This document shows positions 1-9,977 of a DNA stretch of 64,000 bases, piece by piece (position 1 is the stretch's first letter; every line of letters begins with the position of its first letter). Origin of the DNA: an uncultured Candidatus Rokubacteria bacterium (GTDB lineage: Bacteria > Methylomirabilota > Methylomirabilia > Rokubacteriales > CSP1-6). The stretch spans positions 1,120,001 through 1,184,000 of the forward strand of contig CAWBMV010000034.1 of NCBI GenBank assembly GCA_963789955.1, written 5' to 3'. The position numbers and the translations under genes are program-made. Below the pieces are notes generated by a model, which worked only from the letters and a program-made list of their open reading frames with translations, made no database searches and was not told the DNA's origin.

Positions 1-23
1 CTCTGGCCCCGTGGGGCGGAGAC

Positions 24-428
24 GTGAGGCGGGAGATGGAGCGTTTCTTCGACCGCTTCGCTGCGCCGATCTGGGAGCCGTTCGAGATGGTGGCTGGCGG
101 CTGGGCGCCGATGCTCGACGTTTCGGAGACGAAGGACGCCATAGTCGTAACGGCCGACGTGCCAGGCGTCGATCCGAAGGAGATCGAGATCGCGCTCCAT
201 GGCGACCTGCTCACCCTGCAGGGCGAAAAGGAGAAGGCGACAGAGGAGAAAGAGGGGCATCGCTACCGCATCGAGCGGACCTATGGTGCATTCTTCCGCA
301 CCATCCGACTGCCGATGGCGGTGGACGGCAGCAAGGTCACCGCGACGTTCAAGAACGGCGTGCTGGTCGTGAAGCTGCCGAAGACGCCGGCCGCGAGAGG
401 GACGACGATCCCCGTGAAGGCCGAGTAG
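24..428 (+). CDS. Hsp20/alpha-crystallin small heat shock protein (true start may lie upstream of the window)
   Basis: PMLDVSET...ADVPGV...ERTYGAFFRTIRLP...ATFKNGVLVVKLPK motifs. Confidence 0.92.
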   Translation: MRREMERFFDRFAAPIWEPFEMVAGGWAPMLDVSETKDAIVVTADVPGVDPKEIEIALHGDLLTLQGEKEKATEEKEGHRYRIERTYGAFFRTIRLPMAVDGSKVTATFKNGVLVVKLPKTPAARGTTIPVKAE

Positions 429-440
429 CGACCGACGTCG

Positions 441-470
441 CGCCGGGGAGGCCGCATCGCCTCCCCGGCG
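441..470. other. 12-bp GC-rich hairpin after hsp20 (no U-tract)
   Basis: cgccggggaggc-cgcatc-gcctccccggcg. Confidence 0.6.
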
Positions 471-501
471 AGCTTCGCGCTCGAGGAAAGGAGGCGGTGC
501 C

Positions 502-870
502 ATGACGTGTCACGTTGCGCGACGGATGAACGAATTCGAGCGACGCCTGCGCCGCGAGCGTCGTGAGACGTACCAGGCCCTCGTGACGACTGATGCCGAG
601 CTAGCCAGCCGCGAACCGCACAGCGCTGGCGAATCTATGGACGACGCGGCAACGGAGACGGCATGCCGTGTGCTCGCGAACCTTCGCGAGCGCGATCGCC
701 GCGTCCTCACTGAAATCGACGCCGCCGAGGCGCGCCTGTCGATCGGAACCTTCAGCGTGTGCGCAGACTGTGCACGGCCGATTCGTTTCGAGCGATTGAA
801 GGCGTTGCCCGCGGCGCGTCTCTGCGTCGCATGCGAAGAGAAAGAAGAGACGGAAAGCAAGCGATGCTGA
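502..870 (+). CDS. TraR/DksA family C4 zinc-finger protein
   Basis: Coiled-coil region then CADC...RLKALPAARLCVAC; SD ggagg upstream. Confidence 0.88.
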   Translation: MTCHVARRMNEFERRLRRERRETYQALVTTDAELASREPHSAGESMDDAATETACRVLANLRERDRRVLTEIDAAEARLSIGTFSVCADCARPIRFERLKALPAARLCVACEEKEETESKRC

Positions 871-911
871 GCTGGGGAGTTATCGCCGTGTGGACTGAAA
901 GGAGGGACCTG

Positions 912-1262
912 ATGGAACGGTTCAGCGGTTTCGTGACAGGCGCCCTGCTTGCGCTGCTAATCACGGCACCGGTCTACGCTCAGCAGCCGAGTACGGCGAA
1001 CGACCCCGGTCATCCCGCGACAGTGGTGTCGTCACCGGCCGCTGCCACGCCCGCGCCGCCGGCAGGGGACATGCGGATGATGGACATGTGCCGCCAGATG
1101 ATGACCGGCGACATGATGGCCACGCCCGTGATGGGGGCGCCCACATCGGCGGATCCGAAAGACAAGGCCGAAATGCTTCAAATGCGCGGCGAAATGATGA
1201 AGGCGATGGGCGACATCATGATGAAACACGCCCGCCACATGCAAGGCATGACGGGTAAGTAG
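912..1262 (+). CDS. Secreted Met-rich small protein (possible metal-binding)
   Basis: SD aaggaggg; signal peptide ending VYA-QQ; C-terminal half rich in MM pairs and His. Confidence 0.65.
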   Translation: MERFSGFVTGALLALLITAPVYAQQPSTANDPGHPATVVSSPAAATPAPPAGDMRMMDMCRQMMTGDMMATPVMGAPTSADPKDKAEMLQMRGEMMKAMGDIMMKHARHMQGMTGK

Positions 1263-1319
1263 CGAAAACGGTGCGGTGCGCGCCCCGCCTGCTTGCGGCC
1301 GGCTGGCCCCGCCGCTCTG

Positions 1320-1358
1320 AAAAACCGAGGGCCCTTGCGGTCTGCCGCAGGGCCCTCG
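1320..1358 (-). terminator. Intrinsic terminator-like hairpin
   Basis: cgagggcccttgcgg-tctg-ccgcagggccctcg stem with one bulge, followed by a T-run on the minus strand. Confidence 0.5.
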
Positions 1359-1700
1359 TCGTTTCGGCGATGTTCGTTGATCGTCTTCGCTTCGTCGTCG
1401 ATCCAGTGGACCAGGCGGACGGCACTGAGCGGCGTATTACCCGGAACGCGATACGACCGGCGCGCGAGCACCGCCAGACCGAACACGACGCAGGATGATC
1501 GGGAAGCCACCCCGCGCTGGCTCTGGGCGCTGAAAATCGAGCTCTCTCTGGCGCGGGGGAGCTGATGAACCCGGACATCGATCCGACAGGGAGAACCGGC
1601 GTACTGGCGGAGCTCAGAAAAGTCCGCGGACTAGCCTATCTACCTTCGATCTCAATTGTCAGCGAAACCGGAAATTGTTGAATCAGCGAACTGGCGCTCG

Positions 1701-2192
1701 TCATTTTTCGGCTCCCGACTTGACCTCCGCGACGCGGCCGCCGGTCATGCGCACGAGGTCGGCGGGGGTCAGCTTGAAGACCGTGTTCGGATGGCCGGCC
1801 GCCGCCCAGATCTCCGACCACCGCAGCAGATCCTCGTCGATCAGGATCGTCAGCGGCTCGGCGTGCGCGACGGGCGCGACGCCGCCGATGGCGAAGCCCG
1901 TCCGTTGCCTCACGAAGTCGGCATCGGCGCGGCCGACCGGCTCGGCGATGAGCGCCGCCACCTTGCGCTCGTCGACGCGATTGGCGCCGCTCGCGATGAC
2001 CAGCACGGCGCGCTGGCTCTGCTCGCCGCGAAAGACCAGCGACTTCGCGATCTGATCGACCTTGCAGCCGACGGCGATCGCCGCCTGGGCCGACGTCCGC
2101 GCCGACTGTTCGAGGGCAATCACGGTGTGGCCGCCGCCGGCCGCGGCCAGCGCATCCTGGACGCGCCGAACGCTCGGGCCGAAGTCGGTCAT
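1701..2192 (-). CDS. YbaK/EbsC family aminoacyl-tRNA deacylase
   Basis: QIAKSLVF, TGFAIGGVAP, WAAAGHPN motifs. Confidence 0.92.
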   Translation of the reverse strand: MTDFGPSVRRVQDALAAAGGGHTVIALEQSARTSAQAAIAVGCKVDQIAKSLVFRGEQSQRAVLVIASGANRVDERKVAALIAEPVGRADADFVRQRTGFAIGGVAPVAHAEPLTILIDEDLLRWSEIWAAAGHPNTVFKLTPADLVRMTGGRVAEVKSGAEK

Positions 2193-2929
2193 GAGCCGAG
2201 CTGACGCACGGCGCGCGCGACGTCGGTGGGGTCGGGCCGGATCTGGATGCTGTCGGCGAGCTGGAGCCAGCGGACTATGCCACGCCGATCGATCACGACC
2301 GTCGTCGGTCGCGCCACGTCCTGACCCTTGTGGCCTCCGTGGGCGTGGAGGAGGCCGTAGCGTCGCGTCACGGCGAGGTCACCATCGGTGAGGAAACGGT
2401 ACCGCGCGCGGAGCTTCTGGGCCAGCTCCTGGCTTCTCTCGTTCGGATCGGGGCTGATCGCCAGGATCTGGACGCCCTCGTCGCCGAGCTCGGTCAAGAC
2501 AGCTCCAAGTCCTTGGAGCTCCGCGACACAGAAGGGTCACCAGTAGCCGCGATAGAAGACCAGGACGACCGGCGCGCGCTCACGAAACGACGCGAGGCTC
2601 ACCGCCGCGCCGGTCGCGTCGGGCAAGGTGAAGTCGGGCGCGGGCTCGCCGACGCGGAGCACCGTCGGGGTGGCCGGCACTCTCGCGAGGACGAAGTTGA
2701 AGTACCCGCCGAGGATCAGCAAGACCATCGAGAGCCCGAGCGCCACGAAGTTCGGCCACCGCGCCGCGTGCCACGTCGCCGCGCCCGCGATCACCGCCGC
2801 GATCGCGAATGCCACGAGGTAGAGCCCGGGGTGATTGCGTACCGCCGGCACACGCAGGAACGCGTAGTAGCCGGCGATGGCGCCGAGCGAGAGGAGCACG
2901 CTCAGGAGCGCCGGCCAGTACCGGATCAT
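2189..2929 (-). CDS. Membrane-anchored AhpC/TSA (peroxiredoxin-like) protein, probable selenoprotein (UPFC)
   Basis: ATG at 2929 overlaps the upstream stop; three hydrophobic segments; APDFTLPD...VFYRGYW-TGA(2537-2539)-PFCVAEL continues in frame into ORF 2189..2497 (ILAISPD...RPTTVVIDRRGIVRW). Confidence 0.82.
2501..2520 (-). promoter_or_regulatory. Putative bacterial SECIS element
   Basis: AGCUCCAA-GGAC-UUGGAGCU perfect 8-bp stem beginning 16 nt after the UGA; loop starts with G. Confidence 0.65.
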
Positions 2930-3624
2930 CGCGCCAGCACGACCCGGTCGAACGTCTCCGCGTAGGCGTAGCCTTTCGGCTTGCCGAGCTCGGCCGCTCG
3001 CTCGCGGATGCGCTTCTCGACGCCGGCGAAGTCGGCGAACTGACTGGCGTGACAGGCCAGCGCCTTGATCTTGAGGTCCATCACGTCGCTGATGTCCACG
3101 ACGAGCTGCGGATTTTCCCACTGCATCAGATGGATCTCGAGCGCCTTGTGGGGCTCGAAGTCGGGCATCAGCTCCGGGAACGACAGGTGGTCGCGGGCCA
3201 GCGGATAGACGCAGTCGAGGGTGACCCCGGCGACGGTCCGGTGATCGCGGTGCGAGCCCCCGAGGTTGTACGTGCGGTGCGGGTTCATCGTGATCACGAG
3301 ATCGGGGCGCCACCGTCTGATCTCGCGCGTGACGTCGCGCCGGAGGTCGCGCGTGTCCTCGACCTCGCAGTCGGGATAGCCGAGGAACTCCACGCGGACG
3401 ACGCCGAGCGTGCGGGCGGCGTTGCGCTGCTCTTCCTCGCGGATGCGCGCCAGTCGCTCGGAGGTCATCGTACGGTCGCCGGAGCCCTTGTTGCCGTTGG
3501 TCACGATGACGTACGTGACCTCGCAGCCATCCCGCACGAGCTTCGCGACGGTGCCCCCGGCGCCGAACTCGGAATCGTCAGGATGGGCGGTCACGACGAG
3601 CACGCGCTGGATCTTCTCGGCCAC
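2926..3624 (-). CDS. PIG-L/LmbE family deacetylase
   Basis: AHPDDSEFGAGG, R..EQRNAA..LG, HRDH motifs; GTG start at 3624 chosen over the longer ORF. Confidence 0.9.
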   Translation of the reverse strand: MAEKIQRVLVVTAHPDDSEFGAGGTVAKLVRDGCEVTYVIVTNGNKGSGDRTMTSERLARIREEEQRNAARTLGVVRVEFLGYPDCEVEDTRDLRRDVTREIRRWRPDLVITMNPHRTYNLGGSHRDHRTVAGVTLDCVYPLARDHLSFPELMPDFEPHKALEIHLMQWENPQLVVDISDVMDLKIKALACHASQFADFAGVEKRIRERAAELGKPKGYAYAETFDRVVLAR

Positions 3625-3719
3625 GGTAGCTTCTTGTAGCGCATGTTCTATTGTAGCGGGGACCGTGAGGCCGGCTCGGACCGAGGGTGGCCTGAGACAG
3701 GTGCTGGCCGGCTCCGCAT

Positions 3720-3782
3720 GCCCGCTCAACCGTTTACGGCTTACGCCCGCTCGACCGTTTACGGCACGCCCGCTCAACCGTT
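3720..3782. repeat. Three imperfect tandem copies of gcccgctc(a/g)accgttt(acggc)
   Basis: Copies begin at 3720, 3745 and 3768. Confidence 0.75.
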
Positions 3783-3879
3783 CGGTGCTTCAGCCGCTGA
3801 CGCCGCTCGCTCTGCGTTTTGATGTCTTTCCGTAGGATAGCGATTCCGGGTGCGGCGTGTGAACAGCTATAATCACGCG

Positions 3880-5634
3880 ATGCCGATCGCCGCCCCGCGC
3901 CGGGTGGGGGTCGCGGGCTTGCTCGGTCTGCTCGCCGGCGCGCTCGTCCTGATGCTCGCGCCGGGGAATCCAGGGGCCCTGAGACTCGCCGGCATCGGTC
4001 TGCTCTGGTGGTACGCGACCGTCGTCGCGCCGCTCGCCGCCCTGCTGCTGGTGATCGTCGTTCAGCGTGTCAGCCCCGGGCCCGCGTCCCGCCGGCCGAG
4101 GGTGTTGGCCGTCGCGGCCTGGACGTCGCCGGTGCTGCTGGCGCTGGTCGCCTCGCGGGCATTCTCGGGCATGCCGGACGCGCCGTCGCTCGCGCTGTCC
4201 GCGCTCGTCGCGCCGTTGATCGCGCTGCTCGCCCCGGCGTCGAGCGCGGAGCGCCGGCCGAATCTCGTGGCGCTGATGGCCGCCGGCGTTGGCGCCGGCC
4301 TGGTCATCTGGGCGAATCTGCTCCTGTTCGGGGACGTCGCCGGCCTGATCGGATTTCCGCGCTGGGCCGCCACGCTTCTGGCGACGATCATCGCGCTGCT
4401 CGCGATCGAGCTGGCGCACACCGCCGACGCCCCCGAGAAGGGTGCTTCGTCTCGAGAAGGCGCGGAGAGGCGCACGGGCCGGCGCGTCTATCGGATGGCG
4501 CTTCGTGGCGGCGGCCTCACCTTGCTCTACACGAGCGCGCTCGGCTTCGTCGCGCTGGTCGGGCTCGTCGCGGTCGCGCTCGCCATCTCGCCGTGGGGGG
4601 CTTGGCGAGCGGTCGCGTCGCGGCCCGCGCTCACCTTCAGCGAGGCGAGTGCGTGGGTGACCGACGGCCGGACCCTGGCCCGATCGACGGCCCTCGATTT
4701 CACCGAAGCCCAGCGGGTCACGGCGCTGAGCCCGGCGACATACCGCGTGCTCGAGCCCGGACGCTTCCGCGAGGGGCAGCTCCACCCCGGCGAGTCGTTG
4801 GCGCTCCGCGCCGGCGATCGGCTCGTGCTCGCCGCCGGCGCTCGTCTCCGGTTCGAGGCCGGTAAGCGGATCCCGGGATCGCCGGCGTCCGGCATCGCGT
4901 GGGCCGACCCGCCCGAGCGAAGCAGTCTCCCCTCGGTGCTGGGGGCGCTCGGCGCCACGGTGACCCTGGTCGGCGGAGCGCTCGCGTTCGTCGGATCTCG
5001 GCGTGCGCTCGCCGCGCCGACCATCTATATCGGATCGGGACTCTTGCTGGTGCTGGTGCTCGCGTCGCTCTCGCTCGGCGTGTTCGGCGCCTATGCCGCT
5101 CCCGGACTGTCGATCGGTGTGCCCACGCTTGCCGCCGTCTTCGACCTGCCCGCCGCGATCGTTCCCGGGCCGCGGGGCCGGATCCTCGGCGTGCTCGGCG
5201 CCGCGGTGCTCCTCATCCTGTTCGCGGCCACGGCCCTCGCGCTGCGCGACGTCATCAACCGGGCATTGCGGACGCCGGACGGGAAGGGGTCGGACGCGGC
5301 GGGTGGGCGAGCCAAGCTCGTCCGGCCGATCATGCGAACGTTCCTCGTGGTCGCGTGCGCCGCGAGCTTCTGGAGCGGCGACGCCTCACGCGCGCTGCTG
5401 ACCGGGCTCGGGCTGGCGGCGTCGGCCATGCTCGCGACTCTGCTCGCGGACGACGAGCCGGGAGCTCGGCTGGTCGGCTCGCTGTCCGGTGTGATCGTAT
5501 TCGCCGGCGTCTCGCTGCTCGGCGCGCGCCTGCCGGCATGGGCGGCCGCCGCCGGCGCGTACCCGGTGCTGGCGGCGATCCCCGTGGCGTGGGCCGCGGT
5601 CTGGCTATGGAACTTCGTCGCCTGGCGACGCTGA
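3880..5634 (+). CDS. Multi-pass membrane protein of unknown function
   Basis: Long ORF with many hydrophobic segments; TATAAT 6 nt before ATG 3880. Confidence 0.7.
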   Translation: MPIAAPRRVGVAGLLGLLAGALVLMLAPGNPGALRLAGIGLLWWYATVVAPLAALLLVIVVQRVSPGPASRRPRVLAVAAWTSPVLLALVASRAFSGMPDAPSLALSALVAPLIALLAPASSAERRPNLVALMAAGVGAGLVIWANLLLFGDVAGLIGFPRWAATLLATIIALLAIELAHTADAPEKGASSREGAERRTGRRVYRMALRGGGLTLLYTSALGFVALVGLVAVALAISPWGAWRAVASRPALTFSEASAWVTDGRTLARSTALDFTEAQRVTALSPATYRVLEPGRFREGQLHPGESLALRAGDRLVLAAGARLRFEAGKRIPGSPASGIAWADPPERSSLPSVLGALGATVTLVGGALAFVGSRRALAAPTIYIGSGLLLVLVLASLSLGVFGAYAAPGLSIGVPTLAAVFDLPAAIVPGPRGRILGVLGAAVLLILFAATALALRDVINRALRTPDGKGSDAAGGRAKLVRPIMRTFLVVACAASFWSGDASRALLTGLGLAASAMLATLLADDEPGARLVGSLSGVIVFAGVSLLGARLPAWAAAAGAYPVLAAIPVAWAAVWLWNFVAWRR

Positions 5635-5642
5635 GAGCGCGG

Positions 5643-5738
5643 TGGGGCCCCGCCGGCGAGGCGAGCCTGATAGTGGTCGTGCGAGCCGCAGGCCGTCGCG
5701 GGGCTGGGGCCCCGTCGGCCGAGACGAGCCTTATAATG
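5643..5738 (+). repeat. Imperfect direct repeat of about 33 bp upstream of uvrA; second copy contains TATAAT
   Basis: tggggccccgccggcgaggcgagcctgatagtg (5643-5675) vs tggggccccgtcggccgagacgagccttataatg (5705-5738). Confidence 0.65.
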
Positions 5739-5745
5739 AGTCGCC

Positions 5746-8541
5746 ATGGCCAGTGATCGGATCGTCGTCAGAGGCGCCCGCGAGCACAATCTCAAGAACA
5801 TCGACCTCGAGATCCCGCGTGACCAGCTCGTCGTGATCACCGGGCTCTCGGGCTCCGGCAAATCGTCGCTCGCCTTCGACACGATTTATGCCGAAGGCCA
5901 GCGGCGTTACGTCGAATCGCTGTCGGCGTACGCCCGGCAGTTCCTCGAGCAGATGGAGAAGCCCGAGGTGGACTCGATCGAGGGGCTGTCGCCCGCGATC
6001 TCGATCGAGCAGAAGACCACGTCGAAGAACCCGCGCTCGACCGTCGGTACGGTCACCGAGATCTACGACTACCTCCGCGTGCTGTTCGCGCGGGTAGGCG
6101 TGCCGCACTGCCCGAAGTGCGGCCGGGTCATTTCCGCCCAGACCGTGCAGCAGATGGTCGACCGCGTCCTGGCCCACGCGCCGGGCACCCGGCTGCTGGT
6201 GCTGGCGCCGGTCGTCCGCGGCCGCAAGGGCGAGTACAAGAAGCTCTTCTTCGATCTGCAGCGCCAGGGCTATTCGCGGGTCCGCGTCAACGGCGTGGTC
6301 CGCGAGCTCGGCGAGGAGATCGAGCTCGACAAGAAGCGCAAGCACACGATCGACGTCGTCGTGGACCGGCTGATCGTCCGCGAGAACCTCGGCTCGCGCC
6401 TGGCCGACTCGCTGGAGACGGCGCTACGCCTGGCCGACGGGATCGTGACGGTCGAGACCGTCGAGAGCGAGGGCGCCAAGGGCAAGCCCGCGGCCACGAC
6501 CTTTTCAGAGAAGCTGGCGTGCGCGGACTGCGGCATCTCCTTCCCGGAGGTGTCGCCGCGCATGTTCTCCTTCAACAACCCGTACGGCGCGTGCCCGGAG
6601 TGCGGCGGGATCGGCTCGCGTGACGAGATCGATCCGGACCGGCTCGTGCCGAACCCGGCGCGCTCGTTGAAGGAGGGCGCGCTCGCGCCGTGGGCCGGGC
6701 GCGAGACCTCGTACTTCCGGCAGACGCTCGCGGTGCTGGCCAAGCGCCACAAGTTCTCGCTCGAGATCCCGTGGTCGGAGCTGCGCAAGCCCGTGCGCGA
6801 CATCATTCTCCACGGCGAGCGCGACGGCGGCTTCGAGGGCGTGATCAAGACGCTCGAGCGGCGCTATCGCGAGACTTCGTCGGAGGAGGCGCGCGCCGAG
6901 GTCGCGATGTTCATGACCGAGCGCCCGTGCCCGGCGTGCGGCGGCTCGCGGCTGCGGCCTGAATCGCTGGGTGTCAAGATCGCGGGCAAGTCGATCGCGG
7001 AGGTCGTGCGGCAGACCATCAAGGAGGGCGCGGCCTTCTTCGACGGGCTCAGCCTGACCGAGCGCGAGGCCGCGATCGCCCGCCGCGTCCTCAAGGAGAT
7101 CCGCGAGCGCCTCGGCTTCCTGATGAACGTCGGGCTCGACTATCTGACGCTCGACCGGCCGGCGGGTACCTTGTCGGGCGGCGAGGGGCAGCGCATTCGG
7201 CTGGCGACGCAGATCGGGTCGAGTCTGGTGGGAGTCCTGTATATATTGGATGAGCCGTCCATCGGCCTGCACCAGCGGGACAACCGGCGGCTTCTCGACA
7301 CCTTGAAGCGCCTGCGTGACATCGGCAACACCGTGCTGGTCGTGGAGCACGACGAGGAGACGATCAGGTCGGCGGACTATGTCGTCGACCTCGGGCCGGG
7401 CGCCGGCGAGCTCGGCGGCCACATCGTCGCGGTCGGGACCCCGGACGAGATCATCGCGAATCCGGACTCGCTCACCGGGCGCTATCTCGGCGGTGCGCTC
7501 GCGATCCCGATCCCGGCCACTCGCCGGAAGGGCAGCGGCCACTTCATCACGATCCACAACCCGCGCGAGCACAACCTGAAGGGCATGGCGGTGAAGATCC
7601 CGCTCGGGACGTTCACGTGCGTGACCGGCGTGTCGGGCTCCGGCAAGTCGACGCTCGTCAACGACATCCTCTACCGGGCGCTCGCCTCGATGCTGCATCG
7701 CGCGCAGGACCGGCCGGGGGCGCACGACCGTATCGAAGGGGCCCAGCGGATCGACAAGGTCGTCGACATCGACCAGTCGCCGATCGGGCGCACGCCGCGC
7801 TCGAACCCCGCGACCTACACCGGCGTGTTCACCTTCATCCGCACGCTCTTCGCGCGCACGCCCGAGGCGCGGATGCGCGGCTACCAGCCCGGGCGGTTCT
7901 CCTTCAACGTCAAGGGCGGGCGGTGCGAAGCCTGCCAGGGTGACGGGCTCGTGAAGATCGAGATGCACTTCCTGCCCGACGTCTACGTGACGTGTGACGT
8001 GTGCAAGGGCCGCCGCTACAACCGCGAGACGCTCGACGTGCACTACAAGGGGATGAGCATCGCGGCGGTGCTCGACATGACCGTGCGCGAGGCGCTCGCG
8101 TTCTTCGACGCGGTCCCGGTGATCAAGTCGAAGCTCGCGACCCTCGACGACGTCGGCCTCGACTACATTCGCCTCGGCCAGTCGGCGACGACCTTGTCGG
8201 GCGGTGAGGCGCAGCGGGTCAAGCTCGCGACCGAGCTCTCCCGCCGCGCGACCGGGAGAACGTTCTACATCCTGGACGAGCCGACGACCGGACTGCACTT
8301 CGCCGACATCCAGCGCCTGCTCGACGTGCTCAACAAGCTGGTCGATCAGGGCAACACGGTCGTGATCATCGAGCACAACCTGGACGTGGTGAAGACGGCC
8401 GACTGGGTGATCGATCTCGGCCCCGAGGGCGGCGACGAGGGCGGCCGGGTGGTGGCCACCGGAACGCCCGAAGAGCTCGCCCGTCGCGCGGAGCGTTCGT
8501 ATACCGGGCAATTCTTGAGACCGCTGCTCACGGGTTCCTGA
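5746..8541 (+). CDS. uvrA: Excinuclease ABC subunit A
   Basis: GAREHNLKN, two Walker A motifs ([16 protein letters not shown]), Zn fingers, LSGGE signatures. Confidence 0.99.
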   Translation: MASDRIVVRGAREHNLKNIDLEIPRDQLVVITGLSGSGKSSLAFDTIYAEGQRRYVESLSAYARQFLEQMEKPEVDSIEGLSPAISIEQKTTSKNPRSTVGTVTEIYDYLRVLFARVGVPHCPKCGRVISAQTVQQMVDRVLAHAPGTRLLVLAPVVRGRKGEYKKLFFDLQRQGYSRVRVNGVVRELGEEIELDKKRKHTIDVVVDRLIVRENLGSRLADSLETALRLADGIVTVETVESEGAKGKPAATTFSEKLACADCGISFPEVSPRMFSFNNPYGACPECGGIGSRDEIDPDRLVPNPARSLKEGALAPWAGRETSYFRQTLAVLAKRHKFSLEIPWSELRKPVRDIILHGERDGGFEGVIKTLERRYRETSSEEARAEVAMFMTERPCPACGGSRLRPESLGVKIAGKSIAEVVRQTIKEGAAFFDGLSLTEREAAIARRVLKEIRERLGFLMNVGLDYLTLDRPAGTLSGGEGQRIRLATQIGSSLVGVLYILDEPSIGLHQRDNRRLLDTLKRLRDIGNTVLVVEHDEETIRSADYVVDLGPGAGELGGHIVAVGTPDEIIANPDSLTGRYLGGALAIPIPATRRKGSGHFITIHNPREHNLKGMAVKIPLGTFTCVTGVSGSGKSTLVNDILYRALASMLHRAQDRPGAHDRIEGAQRIDKVVDIDQSPIGRTPRSNPATYTGVFTFIRTLFARTPEARMRGYQPGRFSFNVKGGRCEACQGDGLVKIEMHFLPDVYVTCDVCKGRRYNRETLDVHYKGMSIAAVLDMTVREALAFFDAVPVIKSKLATLDDVGLDYIRLGQSATTLSGGEAQRVKLATELSRRATGRTFYILDEPTTGLHFADIQRLLDVLNKLVDQGNTVVIIEHNLDVVKTADWVIDLGPEGGDEGGRVVATGTPEELARRAERSYTGQFLRPLLTGS

Positions 8542-8544
8542 CGG

Positions 8545-9977
8545 ATGCGGCGGACCAAGATCGTCTGCACGATCGGTCCGGCGAGCAGCAGCACCGAGGA
8601 GCTCGATCGCCTCGTGGCGGCCGGCCTCGACGTGGCGCGCCTCAATTTCTCCCACGGCACGCACGACGAGCACGCGGACGTCATTCGTCGCATCCGCGAC
8701 GGCGAGGCGCGCTGGGGCCGACCGGTCGCCATCCTTCAAGATCTGCAGGGCCCGAAGATCCGGCTCGGGACGTTCGGCCCCGGCGGCGGCGCCCGCGTCG
8801 ACCTCGAGCCCGGCCGGCCGTTCACCCTCTGCGCGCATCCGGTGGAGGGGACCGTCGAGCGGGCGTCGATCACGCATCCCGAATACCTGCGAGACCTGCG
8901 CGCCGGCGACGAGATCTGGATGGACGACGGCATGATCCAGCTGCGGGTCGAGACGACCTCGCCGGACGAAGTCCGCTGTCGCGTGGTGGTCGGCGGGCGC
9001 ATCAGCGATCACAAGGGACTCTCGCTGCCGCGCGTGAAGCTGCCGGTGTCCTGCCTGACCGACAAGGACCGCGAAGACCTGCGCTTCGGCCTGCGCCACG
9101 GGGTCGACTACGTGGCGGTCTCGTTCGTGCGCTCGGCCGACGACATCGACGAGGTTCGAGCGTTCCTGCGCGCCGAGGCCGCCGATCTGCCGATCGTCGC
9201 CAAGCTCGAGCGCCACGAGATCGTCGCCAACCTGCCCGGCATCCTGAGCAAGGTCGACGCGGTCATGGTCGCGCGCGGCGACCTCGGCGTCGACGTGCCG
9301 ATCGAGGACGTGCCCCACATCCAGAAGGAGATCATTCGCCAGGCGCGCGGCGCGAAGGTGCCGGTGATCGTCGCCACCCAGATGCTGGAGTCGATGGTCA
9401 CGCATCTGCAGACCGACCCGCGCGGAGGTCTCGGACGTCTCGACCGCGATCTTCGACGGCGCCGACGCCGTCATGCTGTCGGCCGAGACGGCCACCGGAC
9501 GCTACCCGCACGAGGCCGTCGCGGTGATGGCGCGGGTGGCCGAGCGCGCCGACGGCGCGGTGCTGATCCTCGACCGCGAGCGGCGCCGGCGCTCCGGGCT
9601 CGAACTTTCCCGAAGCGATCTCTGACGCGGCCGCGACGGCGGCGCACGTCCTGAGCGCCCGCGCGGTCGTGGCGTTCACCGAGTCCGGCTTCTCGGCCCG
9701 GCTCATCTCGCAGGCTCGGCCCAGCGTGCCGATCCTCGCGCTGACGCCGTTCGTCGAGGTCCAGCGCCGGCTGGCGCTCTCGTGGGGCGTCACCTCGCGG
9801 CTCATCCGAAAGGTCGGGACGACCGACGAGATGATCGAAGAGGTCGAAGCCAACCTGCTCGGCGACGGCGTGGTGCGTCCCAACGACGTCATCGTCATCA
9901 TCTCCGGCTCGCCGATGTGGGTGCGCGGAACGACGAATCTGTTGAAGCTCCACCGGGTTGGCGAGCGCCGGACGTGA
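8545..9977 (+). CDS. pyk: Pyruvate kinase (frameshifts near 9408 and 9590, probably sequencing error)
   Basis: [37 protein letters not shown]-terminal domain in ORF 9669..9977. Confidence 0.93.

Noticed and set aside
1270..1700. Small ORFs or toxin remnant (RLVHWIDDEAKTI) in the intergenic gap
   Set aside because: Similarity is too short, with no convincing start or partner gene
3720..3782. CRISPR array
   Set aside because: Repeats are adjacent with no unique spacers, and no cas genes are present
6505..9495. Long antisense ORFs (also 10118-12274, 47885-49732 and others)
   Set aside because: Shadow frames of high-GC coding genes with no recognisable motifs
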